A DNA stretch of 64,000 bases, taken from NCBI GenBank assembly GCA_050049775.1, contig JASFVP010000005.1, positions 32,896-96,895 on the forward strand, given 5' to 3'. This document shows, one piece after another, positions 1-10,958 of the stretch. The notes under the pieces were generated by a model that did not search any database, was not told the DNA's origin, and saw only the letters and a program-made list of their open reading frames with translations. Each line of letters opens with the position of its first letter. Positions within the stretch are counted from its first letter, which is position 1. Both the position numbers and the translations under genes were made by a program. This DNA comes from Chromatiales bacterium. GTDB lineage: Bacteria > Pseudomonadota > Gammaproteobacteria > Chromatiales > Chromatiaceae.

Positions 1-785
1 AAGCACTGCGTGGCATCCGCCTGTGCCGTGAAGCCGGTATCAAGGTCGGTATGCGTTTTACCCTGACCCAGGATAATGCCCATGACCTGCCGGCGTTGTT
101 GCAATTGATGGACGACGAAGGTATCGACAAGTTCTATCTGTCGCACCTGAACTACGCCGGACGCGGCAACAAGCATCGCGGCGACGATGCGCATCACCGC
201 ATGACACGCCAGGCCATGGATCGGCTGTTCGATACCTGCTGGCAACGGATTCAGAGCGGCCAGCCAAAAGAATTTGTCACCGGCAACAACGATGCCGATG
301 GCGTTTACCTGCTGCAGTGGGCGCGCGACCATTTGCCGGGCAACGAGGACAGACTGCGCGCCATGCTGACACGCTGGGGCGGCAATTCCTCCGGCGTCAA
401 TATTGCCAACATCGACAACCTCGGCAATGTGCATCCTGACACCATGTGGTGGGATTACACCCTGGGCAGTGTCAAACAACGGCCGTTCTCGCAAATCTGG
501 CGAGACACCAGTGATCCGCTCATGGCTGGCCTCAAGCAAAAGCAGCGGCCGTTACTGGGACGTTGTGCGCAATGCCGCGAGCTGGCCATTTGCGGGGGCA
601 ACAGCCGTACGCGCGCCTGGCAATTAACCGGCAACCCCTGGTCTGAAGATCCGGGTTGTTATCTGACCGATGACGAAATCGGTGTTGTCGACCAGGCTGA
701 TCGAATTCCGCTCACGCCTTATGCAAGGCAGGGCAAAACCAGGCTGCAGGATATCCCGGTATGGTCCGATTCATCCACTTCCTGA
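1..785 (+). CDS. nirJ: Radical SAM/SPASM heme d1 biosynthesis protein, NirJ-like, 5' end cut by the window edge
   Basis: Reading frame is open from position 3, upstream of the ATG at 51. The C-terminal region has SPASM-like Cys motifs (CAQCRELAICGG). It lies immediately upstream of, and overlaps, a cytochrome cd1-family gene, as in nir clusters. Confidence 0.55.
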   Translation, partial: ALRGIRLCREAGIKVGMRFTLTQDNAHDLPALLQLMDDEGIDKFYLSHLNYAGRGNKHRGDDAHHRMTRQAMDRLFDTCWQRIQSGQPKEFVTGNNDADGVYLLQWARDHLPGNEDRLRAMLTRWGGNSSGVNIANIDNLGNVHPDTMWWDYTLGSVKQRPFSQIWRDTSDPLMAGLKQKQRPLLGRCAQCRELAICGGNSRTRAWQLTGNPWSEDPGCYLTDDEIGVVDQADRIPLTPYARQGKTRLQDIPVWSDSSTS

Positions 786-2317
786 GCCTTCTTCTTGCAG
801 CAACCGCCGGCGTTGAGGCGGCGACGCAGACAGCCACCGAGAGTCTGTACCTGCAATATTGCAGTGAATGCCATGCACCCACACGGCTGGGCGCCATGGG
901 GCCTGCATTGCTGCCGGAAAACCTGCAACGCCTCAAACCCAAGCAGGCCGGCAAGGTCATAGCACAGGGCAGGGCAGCAACACAGATGCCGCCTTTTGCA
1001 GACCGCCTGACAGCGGCGCAGATCCAGTCACTGGTGGACTACATCTACACACCGCTCGCGTCGGTCCCCGACTGGGACATGGCGCAAATAAGCAGTAGTC
1101 ACAAGATTTTGATCCCGCCGGAGCAGCTGCCGGACAAACCGGTGCATGATGCCGACCCGATGAACATGTTTGTCGTGGTGGAGCTGGGTGATCATCATGC
1201 CACCATCCTCGACGGTGACAGCTTCGAGCCCATCGTCCGCTTCAAGACACACTTTGCCTTGCATGGCGGACCCAAGTATTCACCGGACGGGCGTTTCGTT
1301 TATTTCGCCTCGCGCGACGGCTGGATCAGCAAGTTTGATATGTGGAGCCTGCAGATGGTGGCGGAAGTGCGCGCCGGTATAAATACGCGCAACCTGGCGG
1401 CATCCGGTGATGGCCGCTATCTGATGGTTGCCAACTACCTGCCACACAGCCTGGTGTTACTGGACGCTGTAGACCTTCACCCGATCAAGCTGATCCCGGT
1501 TGAAGACGGCAAGGGCAACAGCTCGCGTGTTAGCGCCGTGTATGACGCGACACCGCGGCACAGTTTTGTCGCGGCGCTTAAGGACATCCCCGAGGTGTGG
1601 GAAATTCACTACAGTGATAATCCATTGCCGGTCTACAACGGTCCGATGCACGATTACCGCATGGGCGAGGGTATAGCGCGCCAGAGCGGTGACTTCCCGG
1701 TGCGGCGCATTCAGCTCGACGATTACCTGGATGATTTTTTCTTTGATCAGTCCTACCGGCATCTGATTGGCGCCGCGCGCAATGGCAACAATGGCCAGGT
1801 AGTGAATCTCGATGTCGGGCGCAAGATTGCCGAACTGGAACTGGATGGCCTGCCGCACCTGGGCTCGGGTATCACCTGGGAATATCAGGGACGCCCGGTG
1901 ATGGCGACGCCAAACCTGAAGAAAGGCGAGGTCAGCGTCATCGACATGCAAAGCTGGAAAACCATCAAGCGCATCAAGACCGAAGGACCCGGGTTTTTCA
2001 TGCGCAGTCATGAGAACACGCCTTATGCCTGGGTGGATGTGTTCTTCGGGCCGAACAGGGACAAGGTGCACATCATCGACAAGCGCACATTGGAGATCGT
2101 CAAGACGCTGCAGCCGGAACCCGGCAAGACGGCCGCGCATGTCGAGTTCGACAAGGATGGCAAACATGCCTTGCTGAGCATCTGGGACATGGACGGGGCC
2201 GTGATTGTCTATGATGCCGCCAGCCTGGAAGAGATCAAACGTCTGCCCATGGTCAAGCCATCAGGCAAGTACAACGTACACAACAAGATCACCCGTTCGG
2301 CTGGCACCAGCCATTGA
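761..2317 (+). CDS. Cytochrome cd1-family protein (c-heme domain plus d1 beta-propeller), NirN/NirS-like
   Basis: Signal peptide; CSECH haem c motif near the N-terminus; about 450 aa beta-propeller region typical of cd1 nitrite reductase/NirN. The 518 aa length fits NirN better than NirS, and it sits next to nirJ. Confidence 0.7.
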   Translation: MVRFIHFLSLLLAATAGVEAATQTATESLYLQYCSECHAPTRLGAMGPALLPENLQRLKPKQAGKVIAQGRAATQMPPFADRLTAAQIQSLVDYIYTPLASVPDWDMAQISSSHKILIPPEQLPDKPVHDADPMNMFVVVELGDHHATILDGDSFEPIVRFKTHFALHGGPKYSPDGRFVYFASRDGWISKFDMWSLQMVAEVRAGINTRNLAASGDGRYLMVANYLPHSLVLLDAVDLHPIKLIPVEDGKGNSSRVSAVYDATPRHSFVAALKDIPEVWEIHYSDNPLPVYNGPMHDYRMGEGIARQSGDFPVRRIQLDDYLDDFFFDQSYRHLIGAARNGNNGQVVNLDVGRKIAELELDGLPHLGSGITWEYQGRPVMATPNLKKGEVSVIDMQSWKTIKRIKTEGPGFFMRSHENTPYAWVDVFFGPNRDKVHIIDKRTLEIVKTLQPEPGKTAAHVEFDKDGKHALLSIWDMDGAVIVYDAASLEEIKRLPMVKPSGKYNVHNKITRSAGTSH

Positions 2318-2504
2318 CTCCTGTACGGGGTTGGTTCTGAAGAGCCGACCTGCCTGAAAGGGAGCGTCCTCCATCATCGGTGTACATTCCCCAGCTATTT
2401 GATAGCGAAACGCGTGATTATCCGGCATGTCTGCGCGTTGAAAAATCAGTCAGTTTCTGCCAGCGCAGCCTTCTGCACACCAGATCTGAGGTTGCTGGCG
2501 ATTC

Positions 2505-2518
2505 TTGATAAAAGTCAA
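2505..2518 (+). promoter_or_regulatory. FNR/Dnr/NnrR-type box TTGAT-N4-GTCAA upstream of norC
   Basis: TTGATAAAAGTCAA matches the FNR-family consensus TTGAT-N4-ATCAA with one mismatch. Its centre is about 70 bp upstream of the norC ATG. NO-reductase operons are typically Dnr/NnrR-controlled (established knowledge). Confidence 0.35.
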
Positions 2519-2580
2519 CGATCGATGTTGGTTATTGTTGTCAGATGATGGCTTCATATCTCACACAAGGGTCCATCGCA

Positions 2581-3012
2581 ATGGCTGAAACATTCACCAA
2601 GGATATGGCGAGAAATATTTTTTACGGCGGAAGCCTGTTTTTTATTCTGCTGTTTCTCGCCCTTTCATACGACACCAACAGCGGCTTGCCGGAGCGCGAT
2701 AACAGTCAGAACATTACTGAAAATGTTGCGCATGGAAAGCTTCTGTGGGAGGAAAATAACTGCATTGGTTGTCATACCTTGCTTGGCGAGGGTGCTTACT
2801 TTGCTCCTGAGCTTGGCAATGTCTACAAACGTCTCGGCAGCAAGGAAGCCATTATGGCTTTCATTAAAAGTCGTCCGGTCGAAGGCATACCCGGTCGACG
2901 CAGCATGCCGCAGTTCAACTTTACAGACGAAGAGCTGGAGGCGATCGCCGATTTTCTGAAATACAGCTCGGAAATCAATACAGCCAACTGGCCACCCAAT
3001 ATTCAGGGTTAA
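2581..3012 (+). CDS. norC: Nitric oxide reductase subunit C (cytochrome c)
   Basis: MAETFTKDMARNIFYGG is the classic NorC N-terminus. Single TM helix and CIGCH haem motif. Start chosen at the internal Met of the 2545 ORF by homology. Confidence 0.85.
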   Translation: MAETFTKDMARNIFYGGSLFFILLFLALSYDTNSGLPERDNSQNITENVAHGKLLWEENNCIGCHTLLGEGAYFAPELGNVYKRLGSKEAIMAFIKSRPVEGIPGRRSMPQFNFTDEELEAIADFLKYSSEINTANWPPNIQG

Positions 3013-4428
<1,416 letters not shown>

Positions 4429-4481
4429 TCCGAAGCGTGGTTGAAAACGATCGGTGTATTTTTCGCCGGTCGTTCTTTTTT

Positions 4482-5045
4482 ATGACAAACAATCGTTACC
4501 CGCCAGGTGATCTGGCAATATGGATTTTCATCCTGGCCGAGTTACTGGTATTTGCGGTCTTTTTTGCTTCCTATGCATTTACCCGTGCCGCGCATGTCGA
4601 GATGTTTAATCTGTATCAGCAGTCACTGGACAGAAACGCTGCCCTGATCAATACGCTGGCATTGATTACAGCCAGCTATTTTGTGGTTCGCGCAGTTGCG
4701 GCGATCCGTGAAGGCAAGCAGGATGTTTGCGTGAAATGGCTGTGGGCCGCAATTGCCATGGGCCTGCTGTTTTTGGTGGTCAAGTCGGTCGAATATTCAC
4801 ATCATTATTCGGCAGGCATCAATCTCAGGACCAACCTGTTTTACATGTTTTATTTTTCACTGACATTTTTTCATTTTATGCACGTGATTCTGGGTATGGT
4901 GATCTTGACAGCAGTTGCAATCAAGGCGAAGCGGGGCGGCTACAGTCCCGCCGAACATACTGGCGTGGAAACCGGCGCCAGCTACTGGCACATGGTTGAC
5001 CTGGTGTGGGTGATCCTGTTTCCACTGGTCTATGTGATGAGGTGA
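4482..5045 (+). CDS. norE: NorE (cytochrome c oxidase subunit III-like NO reductase accessory protein)
   Basis: About 187 aa, 5-TM CoxIII-like protein immediately downstream of norB. A GTG at 4437 is an alternative start. Confidence 0.7.
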   Translation: MTNNRYPPGDLAIWIFILAELLVFAVFFASYAFTRAAHVEMFNLYQQSLDRNAALINTLALITASYFVVRAVAAIREGKQDVCVKWLWAAIAMGLLFLVVKSVEYSHHYSAGINLRTNLFYMFYFSLTFFHFMHVILGMVILTAVAIKAKRGGYSPAEHTGVETGASYWHMVDLVWVILFPLVYVMR

Positions 5046-5049
5046 AAGC

Positions 5050-5313
5050 ATGTCGCGGAGAACTCCGAAAATGCGCGCCTGTACCATTGTCTATCTTGTG
5101 CTTATGGTTTTAACGCTGGTGACATGGCTGGTCGCCAATACCGGTCTGGCCGGCTTGTCCATATCCCTGAGTGTGCTGGCGCTGTCCCTGTTCAAGGGAC
5201 AACTCATCGGTGATTATTTCATGGGGCTGAAAACAGTTTCGTCAGGCTGGCGCTGGGTTATCGCTGTCTGGTTATTGATACCCGGCGGCTTGATCGCGTA
5301 CGCCTATACTTGA
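5050..5313 (+). CDS. norF: Small membrane protein, NorF/CyoD-like
   Basis: 87 aa, two TM helices, positioned between norE and norQ as in norCBQDEF-type clusters. Confidence 0.5.
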   Translation: MSRRTPKMRACTIVYLVLMVLTLVTWLVANTGLAGLSISLSVLALSLFKGQLIGDYFMGLKTVSSGWRWVIAVWLLIPGGLIAYAYT

Positions 5314-5327
5314 GGAGAGTCTGGCTG

Positions 5328-6155
5328 ATGAACAATCCGATGCAACAGGAAATCACACAATCCGACGAAGGGCTGCCTTTTTACCTGCCGCAAGCCAATG
5401 AGGTGCAGCTGTTCGAGCATGCCTGGCGCAACCGCTTACCAGTCATGATCAAGGGGCCGACCGGCTGTGGCAAAACCCGTTTTATCGAGCACATGGCGGC
5501 CAGATTGGGACGGGGTTTATACACGGTTGCCTGCCATGATGATCTGACGGCTGCCGATCTTGTTGGCCGGCATCTGATTCATGATGGCGGTACCGTCTGG
5601 ACGGACGGACCATTAACCCGGTCGGTCAGGGAAGCCGCAATCTGCTACCTGGATGAAATTGTAGAGGCTCGCAAGGACACGACCGTGGTACTGCATCCAC
5701 TGACGGATGACCGGCGCATCCTGCCGATTGAGCGCACCGGCGAGATACTGAAGGCGCCCGATGAGTTCATGCTGGTGGTTTCTTACAATCCGGGCTACCA
5801 GAACCTGTTAAAGGGTATGAAGCCTTCGACACGTCAACGCTTTGTTGCGATCTCTTTTGACTATCATCGTCCCGAGTTGGAAACGGAAATACTGGTGAAT
5901 GAAACGGCGATCGGTTTTGATACGGCCTCGCAACTGGTCAGGCTGGCCAATTCCTTGCGCGCCTTGAAGGATTATGATCTCGAAGAAGCGGCATCAACCC
6001 GTTTGCTGGTCTATGCGGCGGCGTTGATTGTGGATGGCTTCCCGCTACTGGATGCCTGCCGTGCGGCGATTGTCGAGCCGCTAACGGATGACGATGAAAC
6101 AATTGCCGCATTGATGGAGATTGTTGATGCCCATTTCGGAACAGACGGAAGCTGA
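5328..6155 (+). CDS. norQ: NorQ/CbbQ/NirQ-family AAA+ ATPase
   Basis: Walker A motif GPTGCGKT; CbbQ/NorQ-like sequence throughout. Start at the ATG 9 nt after GAGGAG; the track's 5310 start is a TTG inside the norF stop. Confidence 0.85.
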   Translation: MNNPMQQEITQSDEGLPFYLPQANEVQLFEHAWRNRLPVMIKGPTGCGKTRFIEHMAARLGRGLYTVACHDDLTAADLVGRHLIHDGGTVWTDGPLTRSVREAAICYLDEIVEARKDTTVVLHPLTDDRRILPIERTGEILKAPDEFMLVVSYNPGYQNLLKGMKPSTRQRFVAISFDYHRPELETEILVNETAIGFDTASQLVRLANSLRALKDYDLEEAASTRLLVYAAALIVDGFPLLDACRAAIVEPLTDDDETIAALMEIVDAHFGTDGS

Positions 6156-6546
6156 CCAATCCCGGCAGAGCGCCACGGATTTCCTGGCAGTCGCGGCAGA
6201 GGTGCTGTATCTCGTGAATCTGCTGCTGTTGCCTGTCATCGCATTTATTATCCTGCTGTTAATGTTCTTCCTGCGCAAGGATACCGCCAGTGTACTGGCG
6301 CGATCACATATGAAGCAGGCGGTCATCACCAGTTTATGGGCGGCGGCATTGCTGGTGATCGTCAACGGCATTATCCTGCTGGTGGGCGGCTACCATGGGC
6401 CCTATGTCTGGATGACCGTGATTATTTATTTCACACTGGGACACTCCAGCTTTATCCTGCTCGGCGTAATCGGCCTGATCAAGGCCCTGGCGGGGCAGTA
6501 TTGGCAATACCCGCTGGTCGGTTGTCCACCTGCTGACAAACACTGA
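6127..6546 (+). CDS. Hypothetical polytopic membrane protein (inserted between norQ and norD)
   Basis: About 139 aa with four hydrophobic segments. Overlaps the norQ end and abuts the next ORF, suggesting translational coupling. No recognisable family. Confidence 0.4.
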   Translation: MPISEQTEADQSRQSATDFLAVAAEVLYLVNLLLLPVIAFIILLLMFFLRKDTASVLARSHMKQAVITSLWAAALLVIVNGIILLVGGYHGPYVWMTVIIYFTLGHSSFILLGVIGLIKALAGQYWQYPLVGCPPADKH

Positions 6547-6547
6547 A

Positions 6548-7486
6548 ATGCGTCTGCCGTTGCAAATAACACGTGCATGGACACAGACAGCATTCTTTCT
6601 GCTGTTCCTGCTCGCGCCAGTGCTGGACATCTTCAGGCTGGATCTGAATCTCGGGCACTTCATCCTGTTCGGTCACGCATGGACGCTGGATCTGGCGGAT
6701 TTCCAGCGCGGCAATATGAGCAGTCTGCAGGCAGTCGGCAACCTGTTTCTGTATGTTTTTGTACCGCTGCTGGTTCTGGTTGCCGGTTTCATTCTGGTCG
6801 CCCGACGCTGGGGAAGACTGTATTGCGGCTGGTTGTGTCCGCATTTTTCCGTGGTGGAAGTCGTGAACCGTCTGATGTTTCGTGCCAGTGGTAAACCCGA
6901 CTTATGGGAAGCCAAACCCCTGCCGGCTTTGCAGGCGGATGGTACGCAAGTCCATGCCGACAAACGTTACTGGCTTGTCACCATTCCGCTGATCGTTTTT
7001 TTTGCCTTCACCTGGGCAGTCGGGTTGCTCACCTATTTATTACCTCCGGCGGAAATTTATAGCAATCTTGTCAGCGCCAGTTTGACACGCAACCAGTTTA
7101 TTTTTATCGCTGTTGCGACAGGCCTGTTCAGCATTGAGTTTACCTTTGCCCGCCATCTGTTTTGCCGTTATGCCTGCGCAGTGGGCTTTTTCCAGAGTCT
7201 GGCCTGGATGTCCAATCGCAAGGCGATGGTCGTATCTTTTGATGCGCCGCGCGGCGGCCTGTGCCAGTCATGTAACAACGCCTGTGACAACCAGTGTCCG
7301 ATGCGCCTGCAGCCACGCATCATCAAGCGCAAGATGTTCAATTGCACCCAATGTGGTGAGTGCATTGCCGCTTGCCGGCAAAAGCAGGGTGACGATAACA
7401 CCTTGCTGAAATGGGTATCCGGCGATCTTGCCAGCAAGCTGTCGGATCCACCGGTGGAGATTACTGTGAAACGGGATGAACGTTAA
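6548..7486 (+). CDS. Membrane-bound 4Fe-4S polyferredoxin (CcoG/NapH/RdxA-like)
   Basis: TM helices followed by two Cys clusters, CQSCNNACDNQCP and CTQCGECIAAC (ferredoxin-type CxxCxxCxxxCP). Confidence 0.6.
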   Translation: MRLPLQITRAWTQTAFFLLFLLAPVLDIFRLDLNLGHFILFGHAWTLDLADFQRGNMSSLQAVGNLFLYVFVPLLVLVAGFILVARRWGRLYCGWLCPHFSVVEVVNRLMFRASGKPDLWEAKPLPALQADGTQVHADKRYWLVTIPLIVFFAFTWAVGLLTYLLPPAEIYSNLVSASLTRNQFIFIAVATGLFSIEFTFARHLFCRYACAVGFFQSLAWMSNRKAMVVSFDAPRGGLCQSCNNACDNQCPMRLQPRIIKRKMFNCTQCGECIAACRQKQGDDNTLLKWVSGDLASKLSDPPVEITVKRDER

Positions 7487-9339
7487 TGGAAGAACAGGTC
7501 GGACAATTCTGGCACCGTTTCATCACCCGGCTGGCTGATGCGACTCATGCCGATGCGCGTGTCCGCCTTGCGGATGTCAAGCACCGTCTGGCGATCTATT
7601 TCCGGGCGTTGGGCGGTGATGCGGGCTTGCAGATTGATATTGCCGACAACAGTCAGATCAAGGTCCGGCGCAGTTGGTTACAACGCATTGCCGGTAGCGG
7701 TAAAAAAGTCCAGCACTCCTGGCGTGATGACAGCGCTCTACGTATGCCGGCAGAGATCGCCTGGTTTGACGCAGCGCAGCTGAACCGTGACCTGTATTAC
7801 TGGCTGGCGGCACTTGCTGCTGTTGCCGGATCGTCCGGTGACATGAACTGGTTACTGCACAATCAGTTATCCACCATGGCCACATTGCAACAGTACCCGG
7901 GTCTAAAAAAACGTTATGTACGCCTGGTGGCGGCCCACATTGAACAAAGGCCGGATCCGGCAGGGCTGCCAGCTGAAGAGCAGGCCATTGAGTCCCAGAT
8001 TCGCCAGGCATTGCAACATCCCGGCAGCGTGCAGGATGTTAGCGTTCTAGAGTTGGAAACCAGCTACGATTTTCACCCTGTGCCTTTGTGGTTGCTGCAT
8101 AAGTCGGCCTCTGCTTCGAATTACTCGTGGAGCGATGATGATGCTGAGCAGGCGGCCGATCTTGCCAAGGTGAACAGCCGCGAACTGGAAGATGTTGGCA
8201 AACGCCAGGCGGAGCAGGCGGAGGAACCGGAAGACAATCGTGGCCTGATTACCATCCGCATGGAAAATATCCTGACCACCGGTGAATTTATCAATCTCGA
8301 CCGTGGCAATGAGGAAGAAGACGACCTGGATCAGGCCGAATCTGTCGCCAGGGATCTGGATAAAATAACGCTAAGCCGCAACAGAAAAAGCCTTGGTTCA
8401 AGGTTGAAGTTCGATCTCGACCTGCCTTCCGTGTCGGAAGACGATGTGGTGTTGCAGGAGGGGTTACTACTGCCCGAATGGGACTGGAAAAAACAGCAGA
8501 TGATTGCAGACTGTTGCCGGGTCGTCGAGCTGGTGTCACGCGGTGATGAAAGCGCGGAATTGCCACAGCATTTATCCCGGCCGGCCAAACGTCTACGTAA
8601 CCAGTTCCAGGCACTGGCGCCAGCCAGGGTCTGGCAGCCACGCCAGCAGGATGGGCCAGAGATCGACCTGGATGCCTATTTGCGTTATATGTCGGACCGA
8701 CGGGCGGGTCATGATGCAGGTGCGGATCGTCTCTATCGTGAATTGCGCCGGGGCGCACGTGATCTTTCCTGTTTGCTGCTGGCCGATCTTTCACTTTCCA
8801 CCGATAGCTGGATTGATGATCATCATCGTATCATCGATGTTATTCGCGACAGCCTGTACCTGTTTGCTGAAAGTCTGCATGCGACTGGCGACCGTTTTTC
8901 CATGTACGGTTTTTCATCACGCAAACGCGACCCGATCCGTCTGCACAGGCTGAAGGACTTTGCCGAAAACTACAATGGCGAAATACGCGGACGCATCGCG
9001 CAAATCGCACCTGGCTACTACACACGTCTTGGCGCCGGCATCCGCTTTGCTACGGAGAAATTGTTGCTGCAATCCGAAGGCAGGCGACTGTTGCTGATTC
9101 TGACAGACGGAAAACCCAATGACCTGGACAAATACGAAGGCCGGTTCGGTATTGAAGATACTCGCCAGGCCGTACTGGCCGCCAGGCGCGCCGGCCTGCA
9201 ACCTTTCTGTGTCACGATAGACAGGAAAGGCAACGAATATTTGCCACACCTGTTCGGATCAAATGGCTATGTGGTAATCAAGCGACCAACCGAGTTACCG
9301 AAAAAATTGCCACTGCTGTACGCGAAATTATCGGCTTGA
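7486..9339 (+). CDS. norD: NorD (von Willebrand factor A-domain protein required for NOR activation)
   Basis: 617 aa. The C-terminal VWA domain has the MIDAS-like DGKPND region and follows the norQ partner logic of NorQ/NorD pairs. Confidence 0.85.
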   Translation: MEEQVGQFWHRFITRLADATHADARVRLADVKHRLAIYFRALGGDAGLQIDIADNSQIKVRRSWLQRIAGSGKKVQHSWRDDSALRMPAEIAWFDAAQLNRDLYYWLAALAAVAGSSGDMNWLLHNQLSTMATLQQYPGLKKRYVRLVAAHIEQRPDPAGLPAEEQAIESQIRQALQHPGSVQDVSVLELETSYDFHPVPLWLLHKSASASNYSWSDDDAEQAADLAKVNSRELEDVGKRQAEQAEEPEDNRGLITIRMENILTTGEFINLDRGNEEEDDLDQAESVARDLDKITLSRNRKSLGSRLKFDLDLPSVSEDDVVLQEGLLLPEWDWKKQQMIADCCRVVELVSRGDESAELPQHLSRPAKRLRNQFQALAPARVWQPRQQDGPEIDLDAYLRYMSDRRAGHDAGADRLYRELRRGARDLSCLLLADLSLSTDSWIDDHHRIIDVIRDSLYLFAESLHATGDRFSMYGFSSRKRDPIRLHRLKDFAENYNGEIRGRIAQIAPGYYTRLGAGIRFATEKLLLQSEGRRLLLILTDGKPNDLDKYEGRFGIEDTRQAVLAARRAGLQPFCVTIDRKGNEYLPHLFGSNGYVVIKRPTELPKKLPLLYAKLSA

Positions 9340-9701
9340 TTACAATGGTATTCGTGGCTTGCTATCGAAATATCCTCACTGCAGGCTGTTGTGTTGGTAA
9401 TTAAAAATGGTCAGAAGTTGATTTTAAAAAGCGTACAGCAAGTCTTGGCATAACGAAAAATGGAAAGTCCCGTTTACTACCACTTACACAACCAGTGAAG
9501 AGAGGATGCGATTTTCACTTTTATTCTCTCAGGGGCAAGTCCAGATTAGGTAGGGGCTATATCAATTACTTTCTGTCAGTTTTTTTTACACGCTATTGTT
9601 TAGTGATTTTTAAACTTTTGATTAGTAACATAAAATTAGCATGGCATGATCTGTGCTTTGTGGCTTGTATTGTAAAGTTTATAGTTAAGGAAAAAGGAAA
9701 A

Positions 9702-10220
9702 ATGAAAAGGCTACTAATCTTATTTGTCATGCTTTTGGCTTCAAATCAATCATTCTCTGCGGTAATCAGTGACGCTGGTGTAGCACTACCAGCTAATGAA
9801 ATGGTCTATGTTGATTTTATGATGACAACAACATCGGATCTTTTGATTGAGGCATCAATTGATAATCCGACAGGTGATGCAAACGCTGATTATATTAATT
9901 ATTTATTATTTGAAGATAACTTAGGTTCTCTCGGAGATTTGGTAACTGGATTACAAGGGACGGCCTCTGATCTATTTGGAAGTCTCACTGACTCAATCAT
10001 TGATTTGGCTGCTGGGGCCTATACTATAGTTTTTGGCGCTAATTACTTGGAAGAGAGCGAAGCACGGAACGGGGTTGCATCTACACCGTCATTCAGTGGA
10101 GCTAGTATCGATTACTCACTATCATCTGATGGTATTTCAGGCGTACCTGTCCCAGCTCCTCTAGCACTGCTTGGCTTAGGCTTGGCTGCAATTGGTTGGA
10201 CAAGACGTAAAGTTGCTTAA
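9702..10220 (+). CDS. PEP-CTERM sorting-domain secreted protein
   Basis: Signal peptide MKRLLILFVMLLASNQSFSA. C-terminus VPVPAPLALLGLGLAAIGWTRRKVA is the PEP motif, TM helix and basic tail that exosortase recognises. Strong RBS AAGGAAAAAGGAAAA. AT-rich, low-GC gene. Confidence 0.6.
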   Translation: MKRLLILFVMLLASNQSFSAVISDAGVALPANEMVYVDFMMTTTSDLLIEASIDNPTGDANADYINYLLFEDNLGSLGDLVTGLQGTASDLFGSLTDSIIDLAAGAYTIVFGANYLEESEARNGVASTPSFSGASIDYSLSSDGISGVPVPAPLALLGLGLAAIGWTRRKVA

Positions 10221-10246
10221 TTAACTCACTGGATTGAGTTTCAAAG

Positions 10247-10272
10247 AGCCTCACTTTCGAGTGGGGCTTTTT
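10247..10272 (+). terminator. Rho-independent terminator after the PEP-CTERM gene
   Basis: AGCCTCAC-TTTCGA-GTGGGGCT hairpin (8-bp stem including one G-U) followed by TTTTT. Confidence 0.5.
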
Positions 10273-10958
10273 ATTGTCTGAAGATCTTTCGGGGATTAAT
10301 GGATGCACTGCATGACAGAGTAACATCCAATATTCCCAAAACGATTTGGCCACTAATCAGTGGCGCCCCATGTAACTGTACTTTTTGTGTTTTTTATACT
10401 TTCTCGCCCGATGACATCATGTCGATACCTTGATGATCATGACAGAAATCGACAATCAGCTGTTGTGAAGTCAGTCCGTGGTCAATCGCAATATTGATTG
10501 CTTCAATTATTTTTCGATCATTTTCAAGCTGTTGCTGAAACAGTTTAACTTTGACCGTATCTACATGACTATCCCTGGGTGAAACCTGTCTGCTAGTAGC
10601 ATCAGTGTCACCTCCATTTTTGTCCCGGCAATGGAATTGTTATTCTTGCAGTCTGCTAAAAGCATCAATAATTTCCCGCATCATTGACCCTAAGAGCAGC
10701 TCCAGCCAGTTCTGGATTGGTCCCCGGGCCGACACGGATTTTTTTCTGGTGTCGGGACGGCGGGTATCCTTGATGGCTGTTTTTGTCGACGAGTTGATCG
10801 GGATCATCCTGGTATCCGAATCCTTATGGTTATTAGTGGTTGCCAGAATTTCAGGTGGTCCTCATTTCGCGTTTTCCCGGACACGTCGCGATACATAATT
10901 TACGGGAACATTTTTACGAGAATGGCAGACAGAGTGAGAGTTGTTTCCGTCAAAATGC

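Noticed and set aside
1457-2167. Long antisense or alternative-frame ORFs inside well-supported genes (e.g. 1457..2167, 13080..13613, 18176..18706, 24033..24620, 27257..28012, 31319..31930, 31965..32846, 41118..41768, 53000..53508, 57038..58798)
   Set aside because: Each lies entirely within, and opposite or out of frame to, a confidently assigned gene (nirN-like, hrpB, GGDEF, the kinase, urtA, urtD/E, TAXI, TBDR, cobN-like). High GC inflates such shadow ORFs. No independent start or RBS support.
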